NCBI GenBank assembly: GCA_015523565.1
Contig: WAKA01000204.1
Location: forward strand, 12-64,011
From: Candidatus Heimdallarchaeota archaeon
GTDB taxonomy: Archaea; Asgardarchaeota; Heimdallarchaeia; Heimdallarchaeales; Kariarchaeaceae
Direction of reading: 5' to 3'
DNA: 64,000 nucleotides
Both the position numbers and the translations under genes were made by a program. Position 1 is the stretch's first letter; every line of letters starts with the position of its first letter. The notes under the pieces were generated by a model. It did not search any database. It was given only the letters and a program-made list of their open reading frames with translations, and was not told the DNA's origin. This document shows positions 55,978 through 64,000 of the stretch, piece by piece.

Positions 55978-57639
55978 TTACATCATGCCAGGCATACCGC
56001 CCATTCCTCCCATGCCACCCATACCACCAGGCATGCCACCAGGTGGAGCTTGATTATTTTCTTCCTTCTTTGTGGCAATGACATCATCAATGCGGAGGAT
56101 CATTTCTGCAGCTTCAGATGCTGACTTGATGGCTTGTTTTTTGACACGGATAGGTTCAATAATGCCTTTTTCAAACATATTAGCAATTTTACCCTCTTCA
56201 ACGTCAATACCCCATCCCTTTTTCTTAGGACCATATGTTGAGATGAGTTCAGCTTCAATTTCGATGGGATCCAATCCTGCATTTTCTGCAAGGGTAGCAG
56301 GAATAATCAGAAGGGATTCAGCGAATGCCTGGATTGCCAATCTTTCTTTTCCAGGAGTTTTTTTGGCGAGCTTTTCGATTATTTGGTTCAAGTGGATTTC
56401 AACAGCACCACCGCCAGGAACAACCTTTTTGTCCTCCACTACATTTCGAACCACGGAAAGTGCATCAGTCAAAGCTCTTTCGGCCTCATCAGTTGCATAC
56501 TTTGATGATCCTCTCAATAAGATTGTTACTGCAAGGGGAGAGGCACATTCTTCAATGAAAATGTAGTCATCTTCACCTAGTTTGGTTTGGAATACCTTTC
56601 CTGCTTTTCCAATATCTTTTTCACTCAATTCATCAAGTGAGGTGACAATATTTGCACCAGTTGCCTTTGCAATTTTTTCCATGTCACTCTTTTTAACCCT
56701 TCTAACTGCAGCAATTCCTTTTTTAGCCATGAAATACTGGGCCATATCGTCAATTCCTTTTTGGCAAATGACCACATTTGCACCAGATGCTGCAATTTTC
56801 TCAACCATTTCCTCAATCATTCTTTGTTCATTGTCTAAGAATTGCTGGACTTGCATTGGATCTGTAATCCTGATTTCTGCATCAAACTCAGTCTTGTTGA
56901 CCTCAATGTTTTGGTTGATTAGGGCAATTTTGGCATCTTTAATTTCTTTAGGCATTGCTGGATGAAGGAATTCCTTGTCAATGGCAATACCTTTTATGAG
57001 AGATGATTCTTCAAGTGATTTGCCTTGTTTCTGCAGAATCTTTACGTTGTCAAGATCAGCGACATATGAACCGTCCTCTTGTTCTTCCTTGATATGAAGC
57101 ACAGCATCAATTGCAAGTTCTGCAATATGCTGTTTTGCTGTATGGACGCTTTTACTGTTTAAGGAAGTCAAAGCTATTGGCAATAAGCTTTCCTTGTCTA
57201 TGGACACTTCTTTTGCAATGGAATCCAATGCTTCAATGGCTGCTTCAGCTGCGATCTTGTAACCATCAACAATGGTTGTCCCATGGACTTTCTTTTCGAG
57301 AAGTTCGTCACCTTTCTTTAAAAGTTCACCAGCAATGATCACAGCAGAGGTTGTACCGTCTCCGACTTCCTTGTCTTGTGATTTTGCGACTTGGATAATT
57401 AATTTTGCAGCGGGATGCTCCACATCAAGTTCATCAAGAATAGTAGCCCCATCATTTGTGATGATTACGTCACCAAGGCTATCTACGAGCATTTTATCCA
57501 TACCCAAAGGACCAAGAGTGGATCTAACCGCTTCGGCTATTGCAGAAGCAGCTGCAATGTTATTTTTTTGGGCTTCTCTCCCAGTATTCCTTTCAGTATT
57601 TTCTTTCAATATAATTACAGGTTGACCATTCATTACCAT
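55978..57639 (-). CDS. ths: Thermosome subunit (group II chaperonin, CCT/TCP-1 family)
   Basis: STLGPLGMDKML, ITNDGATIL, the ATP-site block VGDGTTSAVI, VPGGGAVE, and a C-terminal GGM tail PGGMPGGMGGMGGMGGMPGMM. The ATG at 57639 is preceded by AGGAGTGGT; the track begins at a GTG at 57648. Confidence 0.95.
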   Translation of the reverse strand: MVMNGQPVIILKENTERNTGREAQKNNIAAASAIAEAVRSTLGPLGMDKMLVDSLGDVIITNDGATILDELDVEHPAAKLIIQVAKSQDKEVGDGTTSAVIIAGELLKKGDELLEKKVHGTTIVDGYKIAAEAAIEALDSIAKEVSIDKESLLPIALTSLNSKSVHTAKQHIAELAIDAVLHIKEEQEDGSYVADLDNVKILQKQGKSLEESSLIKGIAIDKEFLHPAMPKEIKDAKIALINQNIEVNKTEFDAEIRITDPMQVQQFLDNEQRMIEEMVEKIAASGANVVICQKGIDDMAQYFMAKKGIAAVRRVKKSDMEKIAKATGANIVTSLDELSEKDIGKAGKVFQTKLGEDDYIFIEECASPLAVTILLRGSSKYATDEAERALTDALSVVRNVVEDKKVVPGGGAVEIHLNQIIEKLAKKTPGKERLAIQAFAESLLIIPATLAENAGLDPIEIEAELISTYGPKKKGWGIDVEEGKIANMFEKGIIEPIRVKKQAIKSASEAAEMILRIDDVIATKKEENNQAPPGGMPGGMGGMGGMGGMPGMM

Positions 57640-57945
57640 GTTAACCACTCCTTTTGGGGGTACTAGTATTTGATATTACCAATTATATGTAATGTTCATT
57701 TCTTTTAATATTGTACGATAGATACCAATGATGAAATCATACGAAAGAAGGGCTACTTTCTATTTTTCCCAGACATATAAATGATGATTGGTTAAATAAA
57801 CCTTGATAGAAAAAGGAAATACAAGGTATTATTGCGAAATTTTTTTTTCACTATGCTAATTTAGGTAAGTTACCAAAAATACCAAACTAGGTGAAGAAGT
57901 ATTTTTTAATATCCTTATAAGGGAAAAGCATTCCTTTTTTTATTA

Positions 57946-58740
57946 GTGATTGATGAAGCATGGCTGTTCAATAAAGATGGAATGCCCATTTGGTCCTATT
58001 CAATAAATCCTTCAGGATACAATGAAGCCTTAATAGGAACAATTATAGGAGCATTAACCCTTTTTTCTTCTGAATTTTCAGGAAAGGAAATTACCTCAGT
58101 AGAAATGGAGGATAAGGTATTTCATATTAAGCCATTCGGCGAGATAGGTATATTGGTAATAAATGGTGATAAGTCAGACCTCCAAAATACAAAGATTCAA
58201 AATATTGTTAACAAGATCAATGCATCAATAGACCTATTGCATCAATCCGAACATATAGATTTGAAATTGCTTGATGAGGAAACTTTAAAATTTTACTTAA
58301 ATGATCTCTTGATATCATTGGAAAAGGTTATGGATGAGTTAGCAGGAAAGTCCCCCAAACAGCAACACAAGGTAAATATTCTTGAAATAAACTTTTTCAG
58401 GAAATTGCAAAGGATTTCTTCCGATTTGGAAAATGATGAAATAGGAATATTGGTATTAGATGAATCATTGTCAGAATTAGGTACGGTTACATCTGAAAAA
58501 GTCAATAAATCAATCCTTAGCAAGATAAAGAATCATTTTGTAGGGTGGACTAAAGGGAACCCATTAGACAGGACAATGTTCCCCCATTTTATATTTACAA
58601 AAGAGTATGGGGTTAGAATTAAAATAATTAAGGGAATAATATGCATTGTTGTTATGAAATGGCGAGGAGGAATAGGGAATTTGCAAGACTATAACAGGTT
58701 AAAGTCTTGGACATCACTCATTACAAAACTGATCAGCTAA
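57946..58740 (+). CDS. Tandem longin/roadblock-like domain protein
   Basis: 264 aa with a GTG start. Domain 1 reads AWLFNKDGMPIWSY..EALIGTIIGALTLFSSEFS..VEMEDKVFHIKPFGEIGILVING..IQNIVNKINASIDLL. Domain 2 reads IGILVLDESLSELGTV..SILSKIKNHFVGW..FIFTKEYGVRIKIIKGIICIVVMKW.. Confidence 0.5.
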   Translation: MIDEAWLFNKDGMPIWSYSINPSGYNEALIGTIIGALTLFSSEFSGKEITSVEMEDKVFHIKPFGEIGILVINGDKSDLQNTKIQNIVNKINASIDLLHQSEHIDLKLLDEETLKFYLNDLLISLEKVMDELAGKSPKQQHKVNILEINFFRKLQRISSDLENDEIGILVLDESLSELGTVTSEKVNKSILSKIKNHFVGWTKGNPLDRTMFPHFIFTKEYGVRIKIIKGIICIVVMKWRGGIGNLQDYNRLKSWTSLITKLIS

Positions 58741-58961
58741 CGTTCGAATTTAAAGCTAATCTTCACCCTAGTTCGATATAAGACAATTTTTCCATTATCA
58801 ATTTTTGCATCCATTTCAATAACCCGCAGTACCCTTAAATCTCTCAGTGATTTTGCAGCTTGGGTAACTGCATTCTGTGCGGCGTCTTCCCAACTAATCT
58901 TTGATGTGCCTACAATTTCTATGATTTTATAGGTTGACGGTTCTTCAGTAAAATCATTCAT
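58737..58961 (-). CDS. Dodecin (flavin-binding)
   Basis: YKIIEIVGTSKISWEDAAQNAVTQAAKSLRDLRVLRVIEMDAKIDNGKIVLYRTRVKISFKFE matches the dodecin pattern (YK.IE.VG.S..SW..A...A...A..T.R.....V). The ATG at 58961 gives ~74 aa; the track starts at 58994. Confidence 0.8.
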   Translation of the reverse strand: MNDFTEEPSTYKIIEIVGTSKISWEDAAQNAVTQAAKSLRDLRVLRVIEMDAKIDNGKIVLYRTRVKISFKFER

Positions 58962-59052
58962 ATGAAAGAAATGCAATCCATTGATTTTAAACATTAATTA
59001 TTTGGGATGGAAAGACGCAAATGCTTATTTTAGGGAACACAAAAATTAGGAT

Positions 59053-59352
59053 GTGGGAAAATATATTTTTGGGATTAAATGCAAGGAATGTGGTTCAAGA
59101 TGGAATTTGAATGTAGAAATGGGGTTTAACCGAATGAAAAGCATAGCTGCAATTTGTACGTGTGGCAACATTTTTGCAGGGCAATTAAATTGTGATAAGG
59201 TGATAAAAGTTTTTGGAAGTAGGGAGATTGTTTTTCATGATAAGATTGAAGAGAATTTGATGAAAAGCATACTTCTTACCAATGGTTCATTTCAACCGAT
59301 CAACGAAGATGCAAAAAAAAGTAATTATGCAACACTATTGTCTGAAGAGTAG
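59053..59352 (+). CDS. Hypothetical small zinc-ribbon-like protein
   Basis: 99-aa ORF with a GTG start and CKECG...CTCG cysteine pairs. Its 3' end overlaps the convergent 59325..60926 gene by 28 nt. Weak evidence. Confidence 0.3.
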   Translation: MGKYIFGIKCKECGSRWNLNVEMGFNRMKSIAAICTCGNIFAGQLNCDKVIKVFGSREIVFHDKIEENLMKSILLTNGSFQPINEDAKKSNYATLLSEE

Positions 59353-60926
59353 ATTTTTTTTGTCAGGAAATAAGATGGAATAGTAAATACAATAGTAATG
59401 GAGATAAGGATAAACAATATTTTGTTGATTGGAAAGGGATTGTCTGGAACAAAGGGATGGTGGTTTGAATAATATTCCTCAAGATTATTAAAACCATCAG
59501 CATCTGGGTCCATTTTGTCATCTTTCTTTAAAGGATTCAAAGAATTATAGTATTCCCATCCATCAGGAACCCCATCAGAATCGGAGTCCTCAGAAAGTGG
59601 ATTTGTACCAATCTTGTTTTCAAGATAATTAGAAAGACCATCATTGTCATTGTCCATTAAATCATCAGTTTTGTTGTGTGGGTCAAAGGAATAGCTTAAT
59701 TCCCACCCATCAAGAGCACCCCCCCAATCAGTATCTGCCAGTTGTGGATCCAACCCTTCAAGATATTCGTCATAGTTTGTTAGACCATCCCCATCAACAT
59801 CCAAATTTGAATCTTGCTTTGTGGGGTCAAGATCATATGCAACTTCAAAAAGATCATCCATCCCGTCTCCATCAGTATCAGATGAAATGGATGATGAACC
59901 TATATAGAGTTCAATTTCATCAGGAAGAGAATCATTATCAATATCAGATCCGATAAACCGATAACCAATTGGAAAGAAAGGAACCACTGCTATTTTCGTC
60001 AGTAACGTAATACTTCCCAATGCAAGGGGAAATGAAGTAAATTTACGGTCTGGTATCCAAACAGTTCCATTAAACAAATATGAAAAAGCATCATCTCCAA
60101 AGAGAGTTGCAGATGGAAAAGTATTTCTAAAGAGTTGAGTAATGTTGAAAGAAAGGGAGTGTGTTTTATTCCTGTAGAAATACGAATTAGTTTCCATATC
60201 TATAATAGCCATGTCTACATATGGGTATTGGTCGAGAATGCCAAGTGGAGCCAATTTCAGTGAACTTGTAATGTTGAATGGTAAAACAGTTTGGCTTATT
60301 CCATCATCCAAATAACTGGCATTAGAAGACATGTCATGCACCAGCCTAAAAAACAGCCATGAATCGACAATATTCACGTTGGTTTTCGCAATGGAAATTG
60401 AGACCCCATCCCATTTTGCTAAATAAGAAGCAGTACTATTTTCAAAATAAACCACCCATTCATTTTCAGATACATCAAAATATGCAGAGTGATTATATGT
60501 AATCCCAGGAATAAAAGCAGAAATTTGAGGGCGTTCTGTGGAAAACCATTCAAAAAAGGTAATGTTTTGGGTTGTCCCAACAAATAGCAATTCTGAACCA
60601 AAAGATTGCCAATAATATGACAGTGAAGTTTGAATAGAGGTTATTTTTCCAGGAAACCCCTTGTCAATAATGGCAAACATAGGGATTTTTTGATTTCCAA
60701 AAATTGTAATCCAAGTTACATATGCTTTCTCAAAAAAGAAGGTATTCCCATCAGACTCAATGATAGGAAACACATTGACATTTCTTACAGAATAGAAATA
60801 TGAGTCGGCCTTCCATAAAGGAACAGTATTGTTTTTAGAACTGAATGGGGTTTCAATTGGATCTCCAGCATTTACGCATAAAGCCACCATCATCAAAACA
60901 ATGACCAAACATCCCTTGGTTATCAA
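59325..60926 (-). CDS. Secreted, membrane-anchored protein with thrombospondin type-3-like Ca-binding repeats
   Basis: Signal peptide CLVIVLMMVALCVNAG. The C-terminal third carries at least 6 DxDxDGxxDxxE repeats (DTDGDGMDDLFE, DVDGDGLTNYDEY, DNDNDGLSNYLE, DSDSDGVPDGWE, DPDADGFNNLEEY). A C-terminal TM helix ILFILISITIVFTIPSYF follows. Confidence 0.7.
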   Translation of the reverse strand: MITKGCLVIVLMMVALCVNAGDPIETPFSSKNNTVPLWKADSYFYSVRNVNVFPIIESDGNTFFFEKAYVTWITIFGNQKIPMFAIIDKGFPGKITSIQTSLSYYWQSFGSELLFVGTTQNITFFEWFSTERPQISAFIPGITYNHSAYFDVSENEWVVYFENSTASYLAKWDGVSISIAKTNVNIVDSWLFFRLVHDMSSNASYLDDGISQTVLPFNITSSLKLAPLGILDQYPYVDMAIIDMETNSYFYRNKTHSLSFNITQLFRNTFPSATLFGDDAFSYLFNGTVWIPDRKFTSFPLALGSITLLTKIAVVPFFPIGYRFIGSDIDNDSLPDEIELYIGSSSISSDTDGDGMDDLFEVAYDLDPTKQDSNLDVDGDGLTNYDEYLEGLDPQLADTDWGGALDGWELSYSFDPHNKTDDLMDNDNDGLSNYLENKIGTNPLSEDSDSDGVPDGWEYYNSLNPLKKDDKMDPDADGFNNLEEYYSNHHPFVPDNPFPINKILFILISITIVFTIPSYFLTKKIYSSDNSVA

Positions 60927-61039
60927 TAAGATTGAATTTCTTCAAGAATATTTCAATATTGCTAGACATATCGCCTAGAGGGAATGAATTTCTTATGGAA
61001 AGAGTGCATTTTAACTAATAGGCAGTAAATTTTCAGAAA

Positions 61040-61270
61040 ACAAGAAGCATGGAATTAACAGACAATCACACTGAATCACATCCACAGGAAATAAAGGGGT
61101 TCCTCAAAATGAAAAATAGACACTTCATATGGACACAAAACAATCACAACAAATCACAAATAAACAACAACAGAAGAATAATTTTTCAACACATTGAACA
61201 AAATTCCATAAGAAACAAAGGGGTAGAAAATCACACAACATCACAACAATAACAAAAACCCAACAATTTC
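61040..61270. repeat. Strand-asymmetric A/C-rich tract with reiterated ATCACA motifs
   Basis: The plus strand is almost devoid of G/T runs. AATCACA-like words recur at ~61064, 61072, 61141, 61151, 61228 and 61238. The region is intergenic between two minus-strand genes. Confidence 0.35.
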
Positions 61271-61397
61271 AAAATCCATTGTATTGATTGCTAATTATAA
61301 GAACTGGGATCAAATATACAATGAAGACCTACTAACCTATTCCACTATATCCAATGTAACCTATGGAAATCCATCGGAAATATAAGAAACATAGGTA

Positions 61398-62030
61398 TCA
61401 AATGAAATTTACAATAACGGCAAGCGCAAGCGGTATATTTTTGGGGGATAATTCCAATTCCACCCCTTTTTTTTCCAAATATCTTTTGATTTCATCGTTT
61501 GACGTTATTGGAGCTATTTGATGGAGATTATTTTTTGGAAAGTATTTTGAGATTTGGTCAGGCACTACATAAAAAAATTCAGTAGGTTTGATTTTTGATT
61601 TCATTGCATGGAATTTTTTTATTAATTGGTTAAGATTAGAGGTTTTAAAGACCATCAGAATTTCATTCCAGTAAGCAGATAGTATCCAAACTGTATCTTG
61701 TGTAACATGGAAGAAGAATTGATTTTGATCAATCAAGGAAAAGTCAAAAGAGATTTCTTTTTTTTTCATAATGGCTCTTATGTGTTGAAGTTGGTTTTCT
61801 GAAAAATATTCAAGCAATTGAAACTTGCCTTTAGAATCTAAAAGGTTTTTTAAGTCATTTGTATCAAGAACACCTAATGATTCAAGGATAGCAACAGTTT
61901 CCCTATCAAGTGACTTAATTGACGTCAGTAATTGTGGGTTTTTGGTGAATGGTTGAGAAGAAATCAAATTTTCCAAGGGGAACAATTCATATTCCTCAGA
62001 AATTTCAGGGATATTTTGAGTTTGTAACAT
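61398..62030 (-). CDS. Hypothetical protein downstream of DUF655
   Basis: The track ORF 61398..62201 overlaps the DUF655 gene by 140 nt. The first ATG after the DUF655 stop is 62030 (MLQTQNIPE...). No motif recognised. Confidence 0.4.
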   Translation of the reverse strand: MLQTQNIPEISEEYELFPLENLISSQPFTKNPQLLTSIKSLDRETVAILESLGVLDTNDLKNLLDSKGKFQLLEYFSENQLQHIRAIMKKKEISFDFSLIDQNQFFFHVTQDTVWILSAYWNEILMVFKTSNLNQLIKKFHAMKSKIKPTEFFYVVPDQISKYFPKNNLHQIAPITSNDEIKRYLEKKGVELELSPKNIPLALAVIVNFI

Positions 62031-62061
62031 CAACAACAAATGCAGAATTAAGAATAAAAAC

Positions 62062-62736
62062 TTAGTATTTTCGGGGATACTTTCGTCTTGAACCACGATG
62101 TTTTGTAAAAGTCTTGGGATAATGGTCCTTTTTTTCATCCCTAGTGAATAGCCTATGTTTTTCTTCAGGGTTAGATATCTCTTCAATGATTCTTTTGACA
62201 ATTAAGGATTTTATGTCTTTGACTTCTGTTCTTTGTTCGATATCTTCAAAGGATTCAAAGGGCTTAATTTTCCTCTGTTGAAGAATGCTTTCACGGGATT
62301 TCTTTCCAATTCCTTTTACCAGCTGAAGAGAGTGTAGTCTAATACTAACAGGAGTTGCTTTGTTAACCCAATCCACAAATTCCCTTTCCCTTTCTTCCAC
62401 AATTTTTGTCACGGCCAATTCAAGTTGTTGGGTCGCTAAGGAAGTTAATTTGTCATAATGTATTCTTCCAATAATTGTTTCAACTTCCTTGCGATGTTCC
62501 TTGTCAAGAGCCAATCTATCTTGAAGCATTACAGTGGAATCAGACTTTATGATCAATTCCAATAAAGTGAACCACTTAGTGCCAACAGCTTGGACAAGAG
62601 TCTTGTTCCTGTATTTATCATGCCTGTTGATTGAATTAGGGGGCAAAATATCAAGAACAATTGCCTCTTCCTCATATTTTTTCGTTCTTCTGTTGTGGGT
62701 GTCATCGGAAGGGCGTCTTTTTGTTGAAGGATCCAT
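62062..62736 (-). CDS. DUF655-family nucleic-acid-binding protein (OB fold + helix-hairpin-helix)
   Basis: YEEEAIVLDILP...WFTLLEL and a C-terminal HhH-like LHSLQLVKGIGKKSRESILQQR. The ATG at 62736 is preceded by AAGGTGG. It sits in the conserved archaeal neighbourhood L21e-RpoF-DUF655. Confidence 0.7.
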   Translation of the reverse strand: MDPSTKRRPSDDTHNRRTKKYEEEAIVLDILPPNSINRHDKYRNKTLVQAVGTKWFTLLELIIKSDSTVMLQDRLALDKEHRKEVETIIGRIHYDKLTSLATQQLELAVTKIVEEREREFVDWVNKATPVSIRLHSLQLVKGIGKKSRESILQQRKIKPFESFEDIEQRTEVKDIKSLIVKRIIEEISNPEEKHRLFTRDEKKDHYPKTFTKHRGSRRKYPRKY

Positions 62737-62856
62737 GATTTCCACCTTACATATTTCTTTTATGGGTAGCAAAAATCGTTCATTTGAAAATTTGCTAAAT
62801 TAAGGTATATTCATAACATAATAAAGATTGTTAATTTAGATTGAAGAGTTGAATTC

Positions 62857-63327
62857 TTAATCCATTAAATCTTCAAGACCTTCAGGAATATCCTCAGGAA
62901 CCTCTTTTGCGTAATCATCCAATTCCTCTTCAACAGGTGATTCTTCCTCAAGCAGACCTTTTTTATCAAGGCGAGGAACTTTATTCAACATTTCGAGAAT
63001 TTTTTCAAGGATTTCCGTTTCCATTGTTTTGGATTCGGGATCCAATAAAACCCTAATTTCATCGACTGTATCAGGCATATAATTAGCCAAGGTTATGGCT
63101 CCTTTGTCAGAAATATCAAAGGTAGTCATTAATTCCTCAACAAGATTTTTAGCGTTTTCAGCAGAAATTTTCGATATCAATTGGGCATGATCCAAAGCAA
63201 CGCTTTGCATGTAGGTAAGTTCCTCCATTTGTTTTTCAGCATCTTTTTTCCTGGCAAGAAGCATTTCCCTTACTTCAGGGATGGATACAGGTATGGAGGA
63301 GTGAATTTCTTTTGGCATGAAGAACAC
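62857..63327 (-). CDS. rpoF: DNA-directed RNA polymerase subunit F (Rpo4/RpoF) with acidic C-terminal tail
   Basis: VSIPEVREMLLARKKDAE..LTYMQSVALDHAQ..AENAKNLVEELMTTFDISDKGAITLANYMPDTVDEIRVLL is the Rpo4/Rpb4-like pattern. It lies immediately downstream of L21e (63327/63328). Confidence 0.75.
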   Translation of the reverse strand: MFFMPKEIHSSIPVSIPEVREMLLARKKDAEKQMEELTYMQSVALDHAQLISKISAENAKNLVEELMTTFDISDKGAITLANYMPDTVDEIRVLLDPESKTMETEILEKILEMLNKVPRLDKKGLLEEESPVEEELDDYAKEVPEDIPEGLEDLMD

Positions 63328-63624
63328 CTATTCAACTTGTGCTGCTCTCAAATGCTCTGGTTTTGCAATGATTTTGTTTTCCTTGTTTCCTTTCTTAACT
63401 AGGACAATATATGCTTGACCCTGTTTTGCCACAACGGTTCCTTTTCGTCCATGGTATCTCTTATGGGGTCTTCCTGACTGAGATTGTGAATTTAGGATAA
63501 TATCTACTTTTTGACCAATTTCAAATGGTTCTAGAAGGTAACGAACAGATCTAAGCCCTTTTTGTCTTGGTGATCTTTTGAAAAGTTTTCTTGTTCCAGA
63601 ATCATATCCTTTGCTTCTTTGCAT
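63328..63624 (-). CDS. rpl21e: 50S ribosomal protein L21e (eL21)
   Basis: MQRSKGYDSGTRKLFKRSPRQKG..FEIGQKVDI..PHKRYHGRKGTVV. AAGGTG lies 9 nt upstream of the ATG. Confidence 0.95.
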   Translation of the reverse strand: MQRSKGYDSGTRKLFKRSPRQKGLRSVRYLLEPFEIGQKVDIILNSQSQSGRPHKRYHGRKGTVVAKQGQAYIVLVKKGNKENKIIAKPEHLRAAQVE

Positions 63625-64000
63625 AGTTTTACACCTTTAACCTCATTAGAACAGTCTTATTTTAATACAATTCGATTGAGCGCGTCAGAATCTAGGTTCT
63701 ATTGTATTTTCCAGAAGAAACGATCCAAAAGCATCAATTTTTTCAATTATGCATATATCTAGAATAATAAAGGAACACAGATAACTTATTCAGGTAATTC
63801 AAAAAAAATGCTAGATAAAGAATTAATTAAAATAAGAAAATCTAGTTATTTCAAGGTATAAGATTTATTTAATCCTGTTGAAACTATTTTTAATAAAATC
63901 TATAAGGAAAGAGATGTAGTGTAAATTACTGGACAGATATTATAATACTCCTGAATGAAGTTTTTCAAAAAATATATTGGCTATTGATTAAGATTTCAAT

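Noticed and set aside
56072-56566. 164-aa plus-strand ORF, plus several others between 56100 and 57666, inside the thermosome gene
   Set aside because: They are antisense to an unambiguous group II chaperonin. Their low-complexity Ser/Ala/Phe-rich translations indicate shadow ORFs.
57728-57787. Two ATGATGA words (57728-57734 and 57781-57787) in the thermosome upstream region that resemble C boxes of C/D-box sRNAs
   Set aside because: No CTGA D/D' box lies at the required spacing on either strand, and there are no terminal complementary ends. This does not amount to a C/D sRNA.
61049-61252. 67-aa ORF (MELTDNHTESHPQ...NNHNKSQINNNRR...)
   Set aside because: The N/Q/H/K-rich low-complexity translation is a by-product of the A/C-rich tract. 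It has no SD and no coding-like periodicity. I treat it as a non-coding repeat region instead.
1-64000. Search for CRISPR arrays, IS elements/transposases, integrases, prophage genes, rRNA genes and inteins
   Set aside because: I saw no array of regularly spaced direct repeats. No DDE/serine/tyrosine recombinase motifs or terminal inverted repeats bound any segment. There is no rRNA-like sequence. PolB (923 aa) has contiguous A/B/C motifs without intein blocks.

Overview
This is a densely coded, visibly AT-rich chromosomal segment (GC not computed). It reads as archaeal, and the gene content suggests an Asgard-type (Lokiarchaeia-like) lineage. I can support about 60 protein genes and one tRNA-Val(GAC). 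I saw no rRNA, CRISPR array, transposase or integrase. The archaeal housekeeping genes are: ribosomal proteins S13-S4-S11, S14-S8-L6 and L21e; RpoF(Rpo4) with a DUF655 protein; family-B DNA polymerase with a C-terminal PIP box; thermosome; GatD/GatE; ArgRS; archaeosine tRNA-guanine transglycosylase; exosome subunit Csl4; FAU-1-like RNase; an Sm-like protein; A-type ATPase subunit E; a UbiA/DGGGP-synthase-like prenyltransferase; and the AMP phosphorylase / ribose-1,5-bisphosphate isomerase pair. Metabolic genes include OTC, urocanase, a class I aldolase, four PLP-dependent aminotransferases and a Grx-TrxR fusion. Several eukaryote-like or unusual elements are scattered among these. (1) A 120-aa E2F/DP-type winged-helix protein carries an RRVYD motif, and its upstream region holds a canonical E2F site (TTTGGCGGGAAA) plus a GCGCG palindrome. 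(2) A canonical UBC/E2 ubiquitin-conjugating enzyme is followed by a 118-aa ORF and a translationally coupled 1036-aa helical protein; the E2 helix-1 coding sequence lies behind an in-frame TAG. (3) Three paralogous longin/roadblock-like ORFs occur, two of them flanking the thermosome gene and one fused to a membrane domain. (4) A 1349-aa secreted protein combines two lamin-tail domains with a PLD-type module and an EEP-type nuclease module, next to a MacB-type ABC exporter. Internal operon genes use clear Shine-Dalgarno sequences (AGGTGAT-like). All functional calls come from reading motifs by eye and have not been checked against any database.
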